This document shows, piece after piece, positions 1-30,100 of a stretch of 64,000 nucleotides of DNA. The stretch lies in NCBI GenBank assembly GCA_002269645.1, contig NIVC01002964.1, positions 18,528 to 82,527 on the forward strand, in the 5' to 3' direction. This DNA comes from Macrostomum lignano (taxonomy: Eukaryota). The translations under genes were made by a program, and so were the position numbers. Every line of letters begins with the position of its first letter. Position 1 is the first letter of the stretch. A model generated the notes under the pieces. It had not been told where the DNA came from. It worked only from the letters and a program-made list of their open reading frames with translations, and did no database searches.

Positions 1-994
1 ATTATTTTCTTTTTTATCTTAATTTCTCCTAACCGTACCGACACTGTGCCACCTTGATCATAACATCGATATTTTTATATTTTATAATATATAGTTATTA
101 AAATATGATAAAATGTGTAAGAATGGCGTGAGTTAAAGGCGAGGCAATCGCGAATTGATTTTAAATGACATAGTGATGTCCTTATCCGTTATCGCTGTGG
201 TACTTCGAACTATAGGTCTACTCAAACTCAAAATCGCACTCAGGCACTGCAACATTGGAAACATACAAGCTGCAATCATTATTTCTAGAGATTCATCTTT
301 TTACATATGTATGCCATAACATAATTATTTTATTTTTCACTATACCATTGTCCATTGTTTATAATGGATACTTTTTTCATTACTCAAAATGTAGGGCCTA
401 TAAACTTTGAACTTAGATTAGAACAGAAGAAAGGACCAATATCAAATAAAATAAACAATAAGCCTATACATCAACATAATCAAGCAATGCTTTTTAAGTA
501 GCCTAAATGGTAGTGGTTATTTTTAAGCCATAAAAATAACTTCTGATATTTTTATGCTCAGCTATAAAAATTAGTATTTGGGTTAGGCCTATATCTATGG
601 CTCAGCCATAAAAATAACTCTTGGGCCTATCTTACCCAATGAAAATTATACCTAGGCCAAGAAGTGTCCCAGAGTCACTTGCATTGCTCCAGAGTCATTT
701 TAGATTCATTGCAGATTACATAGGTTAAATAGGAAAGAAAATATTTTAAATGACTAAAATAATAAGATATCATAATATAACATTACAAGTTCCTAAAAGT
801 CATCATAGCATAGAGTTACCCTAGAATCACTTTAAAGTATTTTATTGTCTACAACTCTAAAACAATTCTTGGATAACTCTAGTAACTCTAGCTCTAGGGC
901 AATGGTATGATTCTAGGGCTATAGTTATATTTGAGACATTCCAGAATAGTGATTGACCAAATGTAGATTTTTGCAAGTTTCCAAAACTGAATCC

Positions 995-2132
995 TAGTGT
1001 TCCGCCGCCGCGAGTTTTGACCTCCGTAACTGTAACCGTAGCCGTAAGAAAGAAGCAACTTCCGTAGCTGAATTTTGCTGTCATTACGGGCTAAAAAAGT
1101 CCATAACCGTAATTTGCCGTAACCGTAGCCGTAATGTATAACAAAAATTGATATTTTTGCATGAAAAGTAAGGCAGACAGAAAAGGACAGATAAAAAGGA
1201 TAAAAGGATAGCAATAAAACCTACTTGTTGTTCGTTCATGCATTAATATTCATTTATTTTTTCGTAAATATAATATCTTTATCGAAGTATTCTATAGCAT
1301 TGCTGTATGCAATTGTGTGCTTGGTGCCTTTTTCAGTTTTCTGTGTCGTGATTCTGTTTTGTTTCGCTACAATATGAATATATGACTGACGTGCCAAGGT
1401 CAATGTGTATGTTTAATATCATTAAATAAATATATGAATTTGTTCAAATAAAACTGCTTCAAAATTTCCGATGACTAAGAAATTGCATGTTACATTTTTC
1501 ATTTTCATTTTATTGCATTGTCTATTGTATTGTCTTCTTTGGTTTCAATCAATTTTCAATCATAATTCATATTCTTATCCTATTAGTATTTATTTAGTAT
1601 TTCCTTATTAATATTCTTTCATCCTTATCCTCATAATCTAAATCTAATATCCTATTTTTATGCTAAGGAGCTAAATGCTACATATGGCTAAGAAATATGA
1701 ATGCCAGATTCTTAGTCTCTTGTAGGCTTTGACTGGCTCTCTCTGTCTCGCTGCTATCATGCTATCGCTATGCTATGCTATGCCGTATGCCTAATGAGAA
1801 AATTCGTGAAAAAATTCATTTTTCATTTTCCAGAAGTTTCGTAGATATTTAGAAACTTAACAAATGTAAAAAATAATAATAACTAGTAAAACAAAATGAA
1901 AACTGGTTGAAGTTGATATAAAAAAATTCTTTTATAACACTAAACAGTTAAAAATAAATAATTTTTGTTACGGCTACCAATTATGGCAAGTCTAGAAAAA
2001 TCTCCGTAATCCGTAACCGTAACCGTAAGCTCAAAATATGTCTGTAACCGTAATCCGTAATGAAAATACGGCTTCAAAAGTGTCGTAGCCGTAATTTGCC
2101 GTAGCCGTAGCCGTAATTACGGCGGAACACTA
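995..2132. mobile_element. Non-autonomous hAT-type DNA transposon (MITE-like)
   Basis: 13-bp TIRs TAGTGTTCCGCCG (995) / CGGCGGAACACTA (ends 2132) fit the hAT YARNG terminus. Flanks ctgaatcc / ctaaatcc form an 8-bp TSD with 1 mismatch. Subterminal ccgtagccgta repeats; no transposase ORF. Confidence 0.8.
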
Positions 2133-2276
2133 CTAAATCCAAATCCAAATATCCAAATGTATTTACAAATATAGTCTATAGACAAAAAGTAAAAGGTAAA
2201 TGGCAGGAATAACTATGAGACCTTTCAGTTATAAAAATGCTTTGTCATCTAATTAGTAATTGTATTAGTGCTATAT

Positions 2277-2919
2277 TAGTGTTCCACCATAAAGGAGGGT
2301 CCATGTACCGTAGCCGTAGCCGTAAGCAAAACTATGGCTTACTCTAATTCTCCATATTCCATAGCTATAGGGACCCCAAAATTACTATATTCCCATAGTT
2401 CCCATAGCCATAGCCATAGTTTTAACAAAAAGTCTAAAAAACAAAATATTTTGAATCAAGAAGATAACCTAGTGCTTAAACAACTGCAAATTAAATTAGA
2501 AAATAAAAGAAACACTTAATTGTCTTTGTAAGATTATATTTCATCTTTTTTTAGAGCAACAATACCCAATCATTATTGAAAGTACTAATGCTAAAGTTTT
2601 TCACATTAATAAAAATTAGAGTTTGCTAGTGTTTTATTGTACTTTTTAGGTATATTTTATAAGTTTCTAGGTTGATAATACAATTTATTAAAAGTATCTT
2701 TGTTTTACTCTACCTGTTTCTAATATCTTTTCAATTTTTAACATTAATAACTATGGCTACGGGAATCTACGGAATATGACAGCAACTACCATATTTCTGT
2801 AGTTGTAGCCATAAGAGCAGCTAGCTACCGTAGGTGTATCTGTAGCTGCTGTAGGCACCTATTTTATCGTATTTGCTGTAGGATCCCATAGCTATAGCTA
2901 CGGCTACGGTGGAACACTA
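2277..2919. mobile_element. hAT-type MITE, same family as 995-2132
   Basis: TIRs TAGTGTTCCACC / GGTGGAACACTA; perfect 8-bp TSD tgctatat (2269-2276 and 2920-2927); the same ccgtagccgtag subterminal repeats. Confidence 0.88.
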
Positions 2920-4028
2920 TGCTATATATTAATTTACTAACAAGATTCAATCTGTCTTGGGCTTATACTATATCTATTTAGTATCTGAATTGAATTAAAC
3001 TTAGAATTGAACTTAATTATTTTATATCTAATCTAACTAATTCCAATTACTAATACTAACTAACATTATATTTGTGCAATTTGATAACTTTGTTGTGTAT
3101 AGTGCACATAAAGTCCATTGCATTCGCATTTTGAAAAGAAACAAAGTAATGATTATACTTAAACAATGATTACCTAAATTTTTTTTCAACTTTAGGTTGA
3201 ATGCTTCAAAGGTCTTAAAGTTAAGTAAATTTACTTAATAACACTTTTGAAAAAATACATTACTACAAAAACAGACAATTATAAAGGCAAACAATATGAC
3301 CTTAAATTTTGTGTTCTCATTTTTTTAATTTACTTTCTTTTTTCAAAAGTTGTATTTCTTTTATGTTTGCATAATTTTGTTTTTGTTTTTTGATTTTTTT
3401 GTATTTAAAAGCACATTTAGTTTTTTTTAGAAAAATGTTTAAATTAAATTGTTACTAATTATTATTACTAAATTATATAACATATAATACAATCAGTATT
3501 AACTAGCTAAGTAATAGCCACATTGGTAACACCCCTTTCAATAACAAAGATAACAGATTTTAGTTTTATAACTAATATGTCAATTATTTTATTGCCTAGT
3601 ATAATTTGATTCTCTACTTAAATTATTTTATAGAGTCCAACCAAGATCAGATTTTTGTTTTTGAGCAAGATTAAATGAGAATTTTATAAAAAAAATTAAG
3701 ATTGAAAATAAGTTGATCGAGAATTAAAGATCTGACTGCAATTGTGGATTTGTATAGGAAGAATAGTATTTATGATAAGATATATATAAAATTTAGCATG
3801 TATTTTAAGTAAATAGATAATAGTACAAAAGAAATAGCTTGAATGTACCATCATAATAATATATATTTGCAGCAATATGCAAACTAATAGAGCTATTGTA
3901 ATTATTTAAAGTTGCTGTTTTTTAAGCCTACTTATGATTGTAGATTGATTTCTAATTGCCAAACAATTGTTTTATAGCATTTTTGTTTAAAGTGGCCTAG
4001 GTTTTTTTTGTGCGAATGGGTTCAAATA

Positions 4029-4635
4029 GCATCCTGGTCTTAAAAATCGCACCCTGAAATTTGACTCAGGGTGCGAAAAGTGCACCCAAATTTTTGCAAG
4101 GATGTGATGCGGGTTTTACAATTTAGTGTCAATTGCCCAATCACATTTGACATTATGATTAGGTCAGTTGGTTGGTAGGACATGGGTCACAAAGTCATTC
4201 CACTTAGGTCTCGGACTCAGTGGGTCAGCAGTCGGTTAGCCAGTCAGACTGTCAGAGTGCCAGCCAGCCAGGCTTAGGCTGGGCAGTGACTAGGTGGTGA
4301 ATAGTTGACGTCGACTAGACCCAGACGAGATGAAGGTCAAAAGACACCAGACTAGATTAGTGCAGTACTGCGTCCAGCGTTTCTTATTGCTATTGAGCTG
4401 ATAGCTGACTGCTGAGCTAAGCTGAGCTGAGGCTGAGGGGAGAATTATAAGGAGATCAAACAATTAAGTTAAGTGTTTGGAATTTGGAATTTGGATCATC
4501 ATTGGATGGTTTGGATGGACAAAAACTTTGAAACACTATTAATATTAGACCAGTTTTTGTCTGCAGCAGTGCAGCGCATCCTGGTCTTGAAAATTGCACC
4601 CTGAAATCTAGCACAGGGTGCGAAATCGCACCCAA
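4029..4635. repeat. Two dispersed copies of a ~60-bp hairpin-containing motif (4029-4090, 4576-4635)
   Basis: gcatcctggtctt(a/g)aaaat(c/t)gcaccctgaaat...cagggtgcgaaa..gcaccca occurs twice; internal stem gcaccctg/cagggtgc. Confidence 0.6.
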
Positions 4636-5160
4636 GTTATGGACAAAAAAACCCCCCCCAGAAAGTAGCTAAAATTAGCTCTACATTTATGCAAAAATTA
4701 TAACTTTGACTGAGCTACTGCTTATTTAGAAACAAAAGAATAGTTCCATTAGCAACAAGACTTCCATTTTTTTCTAAATAAACTGCATTCAGCATGTATA
4801 TTTTCCATATGTCATTTTTGGTACAGGCTTTCTGTCTATCTTTAATTAACAGTTATAGTTTCTAATGTTACAACTGTCTTTAACTCAGACTACCCATTGG
4901 ATTTTACCTACTTAGGAAATAAATCACTTTCATAAAATACATTTTTATAAACTTTCATACTTTCAAGGTTTAAATATGAGTGAATATTAGCCAAATTATC
5001 TTATATCCTTGTAAAATACAATAATTCCAATTGTGGCATCAAGTATATTGGATAGTCACTGAAATTGATAAACCTTAATGATCTACTTTGGTTTTAGGTT
5101 AGGGTGAAGGTATGTATTAAAGGCAATTGTCATAGAATAATCTGTCAAGTTTGGATTGCA

Positions 5161-5268
5161 ATGATGAGTGCGCAGGGGTCCAGAACCCAGGCCAGCATGT
5201 GGGCCCGGCACCCAGGAGACTGCTCTTGGGTGTGACAACCATTGCTGCCTGTTGCTTGTAGCATCTGA
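5161..5268 (+). ncRNA. Box C/D snoRNA, U6 C62 2'-O-methylation guide-like (SNORD94/U94-like), copy 1
   Basis: Box C ATGATGA at 5161, guide TGCGCAGGGGTC 5169-5180 complementary to U6 GGCCCCUGCGCA, D' CAGA 5181-5184, box D CTGA 5265-5268, terminal stem tggatt/agtcca. Probably lies in a 5'UTR intron of PRPF8 (donor gtatgt at 5110, acceptors at 5323-5341). Confidence 0.75.
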
Positions 5269-5404
5269 GAAAGTCCATCCCTATTTCAATTGGTTCAAGC
5301 TGATATTAAAGTACACGTACCAGTAGCCCAGCTTATACCAGCTGCAACCTGTCTCCTGTTGCTGCGTATTGAATAACAATCCAGCGCCAGCAGTCAATCC
5401 CGCC

Positions 5405-21665
<16,261 letters not shown>

Positions 21666-21870
21666 CCTGAGCCCCCGCTGTTGCCATCAACTCATCGTGT
21701 GCGCTCAACTGTCTCATTAATAGCGCACCAACCTGACCAAGGGCCATTGTGCAGTAGTGAAGAGAGCTGCGGGATTCTAGATAAATAGACTTTGGCTTGC
21801 AAGTTGCGCATGCAACTTTTTCTTTACTACAGCGGCACATCACATTATTGCTGGCTGGGAGAGCAGAACA

Positions 21871-22243
21871 GCTCTAGTGGAGCAGCAGTGCTCTATTGGA
21901 GCAGCAGTGCTCTACGCTCGTAGTGGAGCAGCAGTGCTCTAGTGGAGCAGCAGTGCTCTAGTGGAGCAGCAGTGCTCTAGTGGAGCAGCAGTGCTCTAGT
22001 GGAGCAGCAGTGCTCTAGTGGAGCAGCAGTGCTCTAGTGGAGCAGCAGTGCTCTAGTGGAGCAGCAGTGCTCTAGTGGAGCAGCAGTGCTCTAGTGGAGC
22101 AGCAGTGCTCTAGTGGAGCAGCAGTGCTCTAGTGGAGCAGCAGTGCTCTAGTGGAGCAGCAGTGCTCTAGTGGAGTAGCAGTGCTCTAGTGGAGCAGCAG
22201 TGCTCTAGTGGGGCAGCAGTGCTCTAGTGGAGCAGCAGTGCTT
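21871..22243. repeat. 19-bp minisatellite just 3' of the PRPF8 stop
   Basis: Unit gtgctctagtggagcagca, ~19 copies. Confidence 0.93.
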
Positions 22244-22782
22244 TGCTAAATTTTGATGAGTCTGTTAAAAACTGGGGTTATTCAGTTGACTCTTATTGTT
22301 GTTATTATTCGATTTTGACCTTCATTTGTCCGGTTCGTTCACCACCACCACCAACCCTGTGTTTTCTGTTTTAATGTAATTTATTATGCAGTTCCCTCTG
22401 TTGCACCGGCCGCCTCCTGTTGCCCTCGCCTACCCAGCACTCTCTGCTTGTTCGTGTACAAACTCGAATGCCCCCCCCCCCCAGCTGAGCAATCCGGTGC
22501 GGCCAGCATTGCTGTTGAGGCCGAACTTTTTATAACAACTCTCTGTGCGCTGGGCCTCGGCCGCCTCCTCTGCGTTCATCGGTGTCATATTTTACTCTAT
22601 TAATTCTGTAGCCTCTGCTTACTCTGCTTGGAGTTTCTCGATATAAATAAAATGACCTTGTTTGTCCCCAGCACCCACTGAGTGCCCCCTGCTGGCACCG
22701 ACTGTGTCTGTCCGTTTAAACTGCTGCAAGGGCTGGCTTTGCTCAGCTGATTGCTCATTTTGTCTGCGACAGCCGGCGAGGG

Positions 22783-24311
22783 CATTGAGACCAATGCTTA
22801 TGGATACTGAGGCCAATGCTTCTGGATACTGAGGCCAATGCTTATGGATACTGAGGCCAATGCTTCTGGATACTGAGGCCAATGCTTATGGATACTGAGG
22901 CCAATGCTTATGGATACTGAGGCCAATGCTTATGGATACTGAGGCCAATGCTTATGGATACTGAGGCCAATGCTTCTGGATACTGAGGCCAATGCTTATG
23001 GATACTGAGGCCAATGCTTCTGGATACTGAGGCCAATGCTTATGGATACTGAGGCCAATGCTTATGGATACTGAGGCCAATGCTTATGGATACTGAGGCC
23101 AATGCTTATGGATACTGAGGCCAATGCTTATGGATACTGAGGCCAATGCTTATGGATACTGAGGCCAATGCTTATGGATACTGAGGCCAATGCTTATGGA
23201 TACTGAGGCTGATGCTTATGGATACTGAGGCCAATGCTTCTGGATACTGAGGCTGATGCTTATGGATACTGAGGCTGATGCTTACGGATACTGAGGCTGA
23301 TGCTTATGGATACTGAGGCCAATGCTTCTGGATACTGAGGCCAATGCTTATGGATACTGAGGCCAATGCTTATGGATACTGAGGCCAATGCTTATGGATA
23401 CTGAGGCTGATGCTTATGGATACTGAGGCTGATGCTTACGGATACTGAGGCTGATGCTTATGGATACTGAGGCCAATGCTTCTGGATACTGAGGCCAATG
23501 CTTATGGATACTGAGGCCAATGCTTATGGATACTGAGGCCAATGCTTATGGATACTGAGGCCAATGCTTATGGATACTGAGGCCAATGCTTATGGATACT
23601 GAGGCCAATGCTTATGGATACTGAGGCCAATGCTTATGGATACTGAGGCCAATGCTTCTGGATACTGAGGCCAATGCTTATGGATACTGAGGCTGATGCT
23701 TATGGATACTGAGGCCAATGCTTATGGATACTGAGGCCAATGCTTATGGATACTGAGGCTGATGCTTCTGGATACTGAGGCTGATGCTTACGGATACTGA
23801 GGCCAATGCTTATGGATACTGAGGCTGATGCTTCTGGATACTGAGGCCAATGCTTATGGATACTGAGGCTGATGCTTATGGATACTGAGGCTGATGCTTA
23901 TGGATACTGAGGCTGATGCTTATGGATACTGAGGCCAATGCTTATGGATACTGAGGCTGATGCTTATGGATACTGAGGCCAATGCTTATGGATACTGAGG
24001 CCAATGCTTATGGATACTGAGGCCAATGCTTATTGATACTGAGGCCAATGCTTATTGATACTGAGGCTGATGCTTACGGATACTGAGGCTGATGCTTATG
24101 GATACTGAGGCTGATGCTTATGGATACTGAGGCTGATGCTTATGGATACTGAGGCTGATGCTTATGGATACTGAGGCTGATGCTTATGGATACTGAGGCC
24201 AATGCTTATGGATACTGAGGCCAATGCTTATGGATACTGAGGCCAATGCTTATGGATACTGAGGCCAATGCTTATGGATACTGAGGCCAATGCTTATGGA
24301 TACTGAGGCTA
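22783..24311. repeat. 22-bp minisatellite array
   Basis: Unit gaggccaatgcttatggatact (variant gaggctgatg), ~69 copies. Confidence 0.95.
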
Positions 24312-24319
24312 ATCTAAAC

Positions 24320-24945
24320 ACAGACACTACTTAGACTCCATGGCAGACTACTTCGATAGGCACTACTTAGACGCTATGACAGACACTACTTAGACACTAA
24401 GACAGACACTACTTAGACACTAAGACAGACACTACTTAGACACTAAGACAGACACTACTTAGACGCTATGACAGACACTACTTAGACACTAAGACAGACA
24501 CTACTTAGACACTAAGACAGACACTACTTAGACACTAAGACAGACACTACTTAGACACTAAGACAGACACTACTTAGACGCTATGACAGACACTACTTAG
24601 ACACTAAGACAGACACTACTTAGACACTAAGACAGACACTACTTAGACGCTATGACAGACACTACTTAGACACTAAGACAGACACTACTTAGACGCTATG
24701 ACAGACACTACTTAGACACTAAGACAGACACTACTTAGACACTAAGACAGACACTACTTAGACACTAAGACAGACACTACTTAGACACTAAGACAGACAC
24801 TACTTAGACGCTATGACAGACACTACTTAGACGCTATGACAGACACTACTTAGACGCTATGACAGACACTACTTAGACGCTATGACAGACACTACTTAGA
24901 CGCTATGACAGACACTACTTAGACGCTATGACAGACGCTATGAGA
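24320..24945. repeat. 23-bp minisatellite array abutting the 22-bp array
   Basis: Unit ttagacactaagacagacactac, ~27 copies. Confidence 0.93.
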
Positions 24946-25326
24946 CGGGCATGCACTTATCAAACTAATACTTAAGCTACAGAAAGGAAGGAAAGGCAGA
25001 CAGTCTGGCGCAGATATGCATTAGAAAAACAGTCTGGCGCAGATATGCATTAACAAAACAGTCTGGCGCAGATATGCATTAGCAAAACAGTCTCGCTCAA
25101 ATGTCGAGTTGGGAAAATGAGTCAGGCTTATCGTGAAGAGGCTTAGCAGTTGCTGATAGCACGGATTAAGGCATGCACTGGAGTGTAATATGCTTTTATA
25201 TTTTACTGCTTCTTTGGCCAAAGGAAGGCAGCGGCGGAGTGGGCTTAAAGTAGAGATGCGTGCTGGGTTATGTACATGCGGGCAGTCAGTGCTGGGTGTC
25301 TGCAGCGTTCAGCAGAATCTGCTACG

Positions 25327-25638
25327 TCACCAGATGCCCGGCGGCTTCCTCGGCGGCACCTTCTTGGGCCACCGGCTGCGCCGCCGCTTCGAGCGGGCCG
25401 CCGCTGCCCTGCTGGCTCGGCGGTGGACTGCGGTGGCTGACAGCGGAGCGGCGTCAGCTTCGACGGCAAGGCGCTGGCGGATCAGAGGCCAACGCTGGGC
25501 GGCCGTCATCAGGTAGGCCCCGTCAGCCGGAGCTGCATCGGCGGCGGGCGCGGAGGCGGCCAGCAGGGCGCAGAGGCAGCAGCAGGCGAAGACGGGCAGG
25601 AGCGGGGAGCAGTCGGAGAGTCGGTGCTGGGAGCGCAT
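25327..25638 (-). CDS. Putative small secreted precursor (neuropeptide-like), 103 aa
   Basis: ATG start, hydrophobic signal-like segment LLPVFACCCLCALLAASA, Ala-rich spacer, polybasic RSKRRRSR, C-terminal WPKKVPPRKPPGIW-stop; GC-rich codons. Confidence 0.55.
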   Translation of the reverse strand: MRSQHRLSDCSPLLPVFACCCLCALLAASAPAADAAPADGAYLMTAAQRWPLIRQRLAVEADAAPLSATAVHRRASRAAAARSKRRRSRWPKKVPPRKPPGIW

Positions 25639-26410
25639 GTCGGTGGCCTTGAAGTGTCAGCGGCTCAGTGGCTTCAGGCGGCTGGCTCGGCGAGTTGTCG
25701 ATGCGAGTTCTGCCGCTCGCCTGCCACGCATAAATAGAGAAATCCAGAGCTGCCCTCCCCCGCCGCCAGTGGTTGCTGGCCTGAGTCACTGGCGCGCCAA
25801 GATTTGAAATCTGAGTCAGGCCTGGGGAGGGAGGGGAAGAGGCGGGATGGAGAATCAAGGACGCGGATCTGGAGTCAGGCGAGTGCGGGGGCTGGCTGGC
25901 TCCGTGACTCATCCGCTGCGTGTGCGCTTAAAAGTCCGCGTCCTTGATCACGTGACGGCTGCTTAGTAGGAGTCGCCAAAAATAGTCGGGCGGGCGCACA
26001 CTTGGCCTTATGAGACGGGGCAGCTCAGCCTGGACGAGCAAAGTGAGCAGGTTGTGACACACCTGCGATAAGGGCCAGCTCGCCCACGCAGGTCCCAAAT
26101 TCGTGCAGAACTGCGTGGTCGCCCTGCCAGGAGGATCCTTGATCGCCAACAGTGGAACTTTCAACAGCGAATGCATTTTGACAAAGATTTTTGGCTTCAA
26201 CAAGTTAAGAGCCAACTTGAAAAACTGAGCTCAAATGTGTGGTAGGGCGGTTTTTAAAAGTGCTTGTTCAGATTATAAACTGATTTTTATGTAGCTTTAA
26301 GCCGATCGATATGATCAATAAATAATGACTAATTAATTATATTATTAGTTTTTAATTGTAAAAATCGTACGAGCTAAGAATATAAGTAAACTCGTAAAAG
26401 TAAAATCGAA

Positions 26411-26720
26411 AGGATTGTTGCCTAGTGGTTAGTGTCGGACTCGCGACTTGAAGGTCGGGGGCTCGATTCCCGATTCCACTGGAAAAATTTGTGTCCTTGA
26501 GCAAGACACTTAACTCTGCATTGCTTTAGTTCACCCAGCTGTAAAATGCCAGCATTAACTGGGGTAATTGAGGGTGTGTGGTGACCCCCCCCCCAGTCCT
26601 TGGACTGAACAGCCGTAAGCAGCCTTCAGATGCGCCGCGCAATAGCTGCGGCTGAGCTGTCGGTTGCACATCTGGCCATCAGGGCAGGTGTTATCAATTA
26701 TTAATAATTATTATTAATCG
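26411..26720 (+). mobile_element. tRNA-derived SINE with CORE-like central domain
   Basis: A-box-like gcctagtggttag and B-box-like ggctcgattccc, then tgtgtccttgagcaagacacttaac...ctgtaaaatg resembling the MIR/CORE-SINE core; AT-rich tail. Confidence 0.72.
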
Positions 26721-27113
26721 TAAGTATATTTTTTCAACGAGACAACAGTAAACACGCGCCACGAGCCCAGCTTCAATGTCCTTTATAAGCCAGAAAGGCA
26801 GTTGAAGTCGTTTCCGTAAATTAAAAGTGCACCCACTCAAAGTTCCGTGAAAGTCTCAATAATTCTAGGCCTCCAACGCTCGGTACACAGGCTAACAGAC
26901 AAGGTTAATATCATCAAACACGTCGTCCTCAGTGTCGTTTCCACCCCAAATGCTAATTATAGATCTCCTTGGCTTTATCGCGTTGTTATCGTCTATGGCA
27001 CTCGTGCAATCGTCCCGAGACGTTAACAACGCTCAGAATTCGGGGTAATCCCCCATTTTCATGCACGCTAAACCGCACGGGCACTCAGCACTCCTATCGG
27101 ACACCGCGCACTC

Positions 27114-30100
27114 ATGGCGACTCCGCAGCGCTCCTGGCTGCTGGCTGTCGCCTTCTGCTGCCTGGCCGCTCTCGGCTCGCTGCAGCCGCTGCCGCAGAAC
27201 TCCAGCAGCCTCCAGAGCAACGGCACCCTCCATCTGGCTCCGACTCCAGCCAGCGGCGTCAAAAATTTCATCGGTCGCGACTTCCGCCTGCCGGAGAGCC
27301 GGTCGATGAACACCAGCTGGTACATCATTCTGATGTGGACCGTTTCTGTCCTGCTGGCCAGCCTCGTCATTCTGGTGGCTTTCGTCTTCGTGCAGCAGTT
27401 CCTGCTGTAGCCATCTGCGGGTCACGCCTGTGTCAGACTGGGTCACGCCTGTGTCAGACTGGGTCACGCCTGTGTCAGACTGGGCCACGCCTGTGTCAGA
27501 CTGGGTCACGCCTGTGTCAGACTAGGTCAAGCCTGTGTCAGACTGGGTCACGCCTGTGTCAGACTGGGTCACTCCTGTGTCGGACTGGGTCACGCCTGTG
27601 TCAGACTGGGCCACGCCTGTGTCAGACTGGGCCACGCCTGTGTCAGACTGGGTCACGCCTGTGTCAGACTGGGCCACGCCTGTGTCAGACTAGGTCATGC
27701 CTGTGTCAGACTGGGCCACGCCTGTGTCAGACTGGGTCACGCCTGTGTCAGACTAGGTCAAGCCTGTGTCAGACTGGGTCACGCCTGTGTCAGACTGGGT
27801 CACTCCTGTGTCGGACTGGGTCACGCCTGTGTCAGACTGGGCCACGCCTGTGTCAGACTGGGCCACGCCTGTGTCAGACTGGGTCACGCCTGTGTCAGAC
27901 TGGGCCACGCCTGTGTCAGACTAGGTCATGCCTGTGTCAGACTGGGCCACGCCTGTGTCAGACTGGGCCACGCCTGTGTCAGACTGGGTCATGCCTGTGT
28001 CAGACTGGGCCACGCCTGTGTCAGACTGGGTCACGCCTGTGTCAGACTAGGTCAAGCCTGTGTCAGACTGGGTCACGCCTGCGTCAGACTGGGCCACGCC
28101 TGTGTCAGACTGGGCCACGCCTGTGTCAGACTGGGTCACGCCTGTGTCAGACTGGGCCACGCCTGTGTCAGACTGGGCCACGCCTGTGTCAGACTGGGTC
28201 ACGCCTGTGTCAGACTAGGTCAAGCCTGTGTCAGACTGGGTCACGCCTGTGTCAGACTGGGTCACGCCTGTGTCAGACTGGGTCACGCCTGTGTCAGACT
28301 GGGTCACGCCTGTGTCAGACTGGGTCAAGCCTGTGTCAGACTGGACCTATTTACTATCTACTACTTACTACCAGTCTTTTACGAGCTAAACAGTTTAAAT
28401 TTATGCATGCTAAAAATAATTTATCATTTTTATCAGTAAACGTGTATCTGGTTCTGCACCCACATCCGTTATCAACCGTCTGATTTACGCTTATTAATGA
28501 ATTGCACTAAAGTAAGAAAGTAAATTGCTACTCACCAGATGCTATTTATAGCACTCCCAGCCAGCCAGGTCTCCTACTGTCTATGGCCAAGCCTGCGTGA
28601 AAACTGCCAGGCCCCAGGCTTCATAAAGCAAAACTGTAGGCAGCATATTGAAGGCACTGAGGTCTCGGCGCTCCTTGATTTTCTTCGAATTCAGACCTGC
28701 CAAGCTCCGCTACCGATCGACATCACGGATGCCGCGGCTGCGTCCACCGTCCTCGGCCAGGCGGACCTGGTGCCCGGCCAGGTCCCGCCAGCTTGCCATG
28801 CCCGGTGAGTCTGCGTGAGTCTGTGAGTGAATCTGAGTCTGCCCTGCTCTGCTTCATGTAAAATAATGAGCTGCTCATTCATACTCAGCTCTGCCCCATG
28901 TCCGTATTTGCTTTTCTCCCCAATCCCAATTGTATTTTCTGAGGGATGCTGAAGAGAGTGAACACACTGGCACACAGCAGACTGGCACACTTCAGACTGG
29001 CACACAGCAGACTGGCATGCAGCAGACTGGCACACAGCAGACTGGCATGCAGCAGACTGGCACACAACATACTGGCACACTTCAGACTGGCACACTTCAA
29101 ACTGGCACGCTTCAGACTGGCACAGTTCAGACTGGCACACTTCAGACTGGCACACAGCAGACTGGCACACAGCAGACTGACATACAGCAGACTGGCACAC
29201 AGATCAGACTGGCATGCAGCAGACTGGCACACAGCAGACTGGCACACAGCAGACTGGCACACAGCAGACTGGCATGCAGCAGACTGGCACACAGCAGACT
29301 GGCATGCAGCAGACTGGCATGCAACACTCTCACAACTGCAGAAATTTCCTCGGAGGAGCCGCTGCCCGCCCTGTCCAGCAACCGGCACTGCAGTTCCAAG
29401 CCGCAGAAGCCGGTTAACCCCCCGCCGCCAGTTGAGCCCAGCATCTCGCCGGCTGCCGAGGAGGCGCTGCAGGAGGAGCCGTCACTGTCGGAAATTCCCG
29501 AGGAGTCGCCTCAGCCGCCACCGCCGCCGAGAAAGAAACCTGCGAAAAAGGAGGGCCTGGACTTCTCCTACCTGAAAGACGGCCTGACGGCTGACGGCCC
29601 GCAGGATCCGGAGGAGAAGGAGGCGCGCAAGTGAGATGGCCGCAGATGAGCTGGAACCTGACCCACTCAGTCCTGACCCACTCAGTCCTGACCCACTCAG
29701 TCCTGACCCACTCACCCCTGACCCACTCACCCCTGACCCACTCACCCCTGACCCACTCACCCTTGACCCACTCACCCCTGACCCACTCACCCTTGACCCA
29801 CTCACCCCTGACCCACTCACCCCTGACCCACTCACCCCTGACCCACTCACCCCTGACCCACTCACCCCTGACCCACTCACCCCTGACCCACTCACCCCTG
29901 ACCCACTCACCCCTGACCCACTCACCCCTGACCCACTCACCCCTGACCCACTCACCCATAACCCACTCACCCATGACCCACTCACCCCTGACCCACTCAC
30001 CCCTGACCCAATCACCCCTGACCCAATCACCCCTGACCCACTCACCCCTGACCCACTCACCCCTGACCCACACACTCCCAACCCACTCACCCCTGACCCA

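Noticed and set aside
5369-5404. TTG start for PRPF8 from the ORF track
   Set aside because: The in-frame ATG at 5405 in a gccATG context is the more plausible eukaryotic start.
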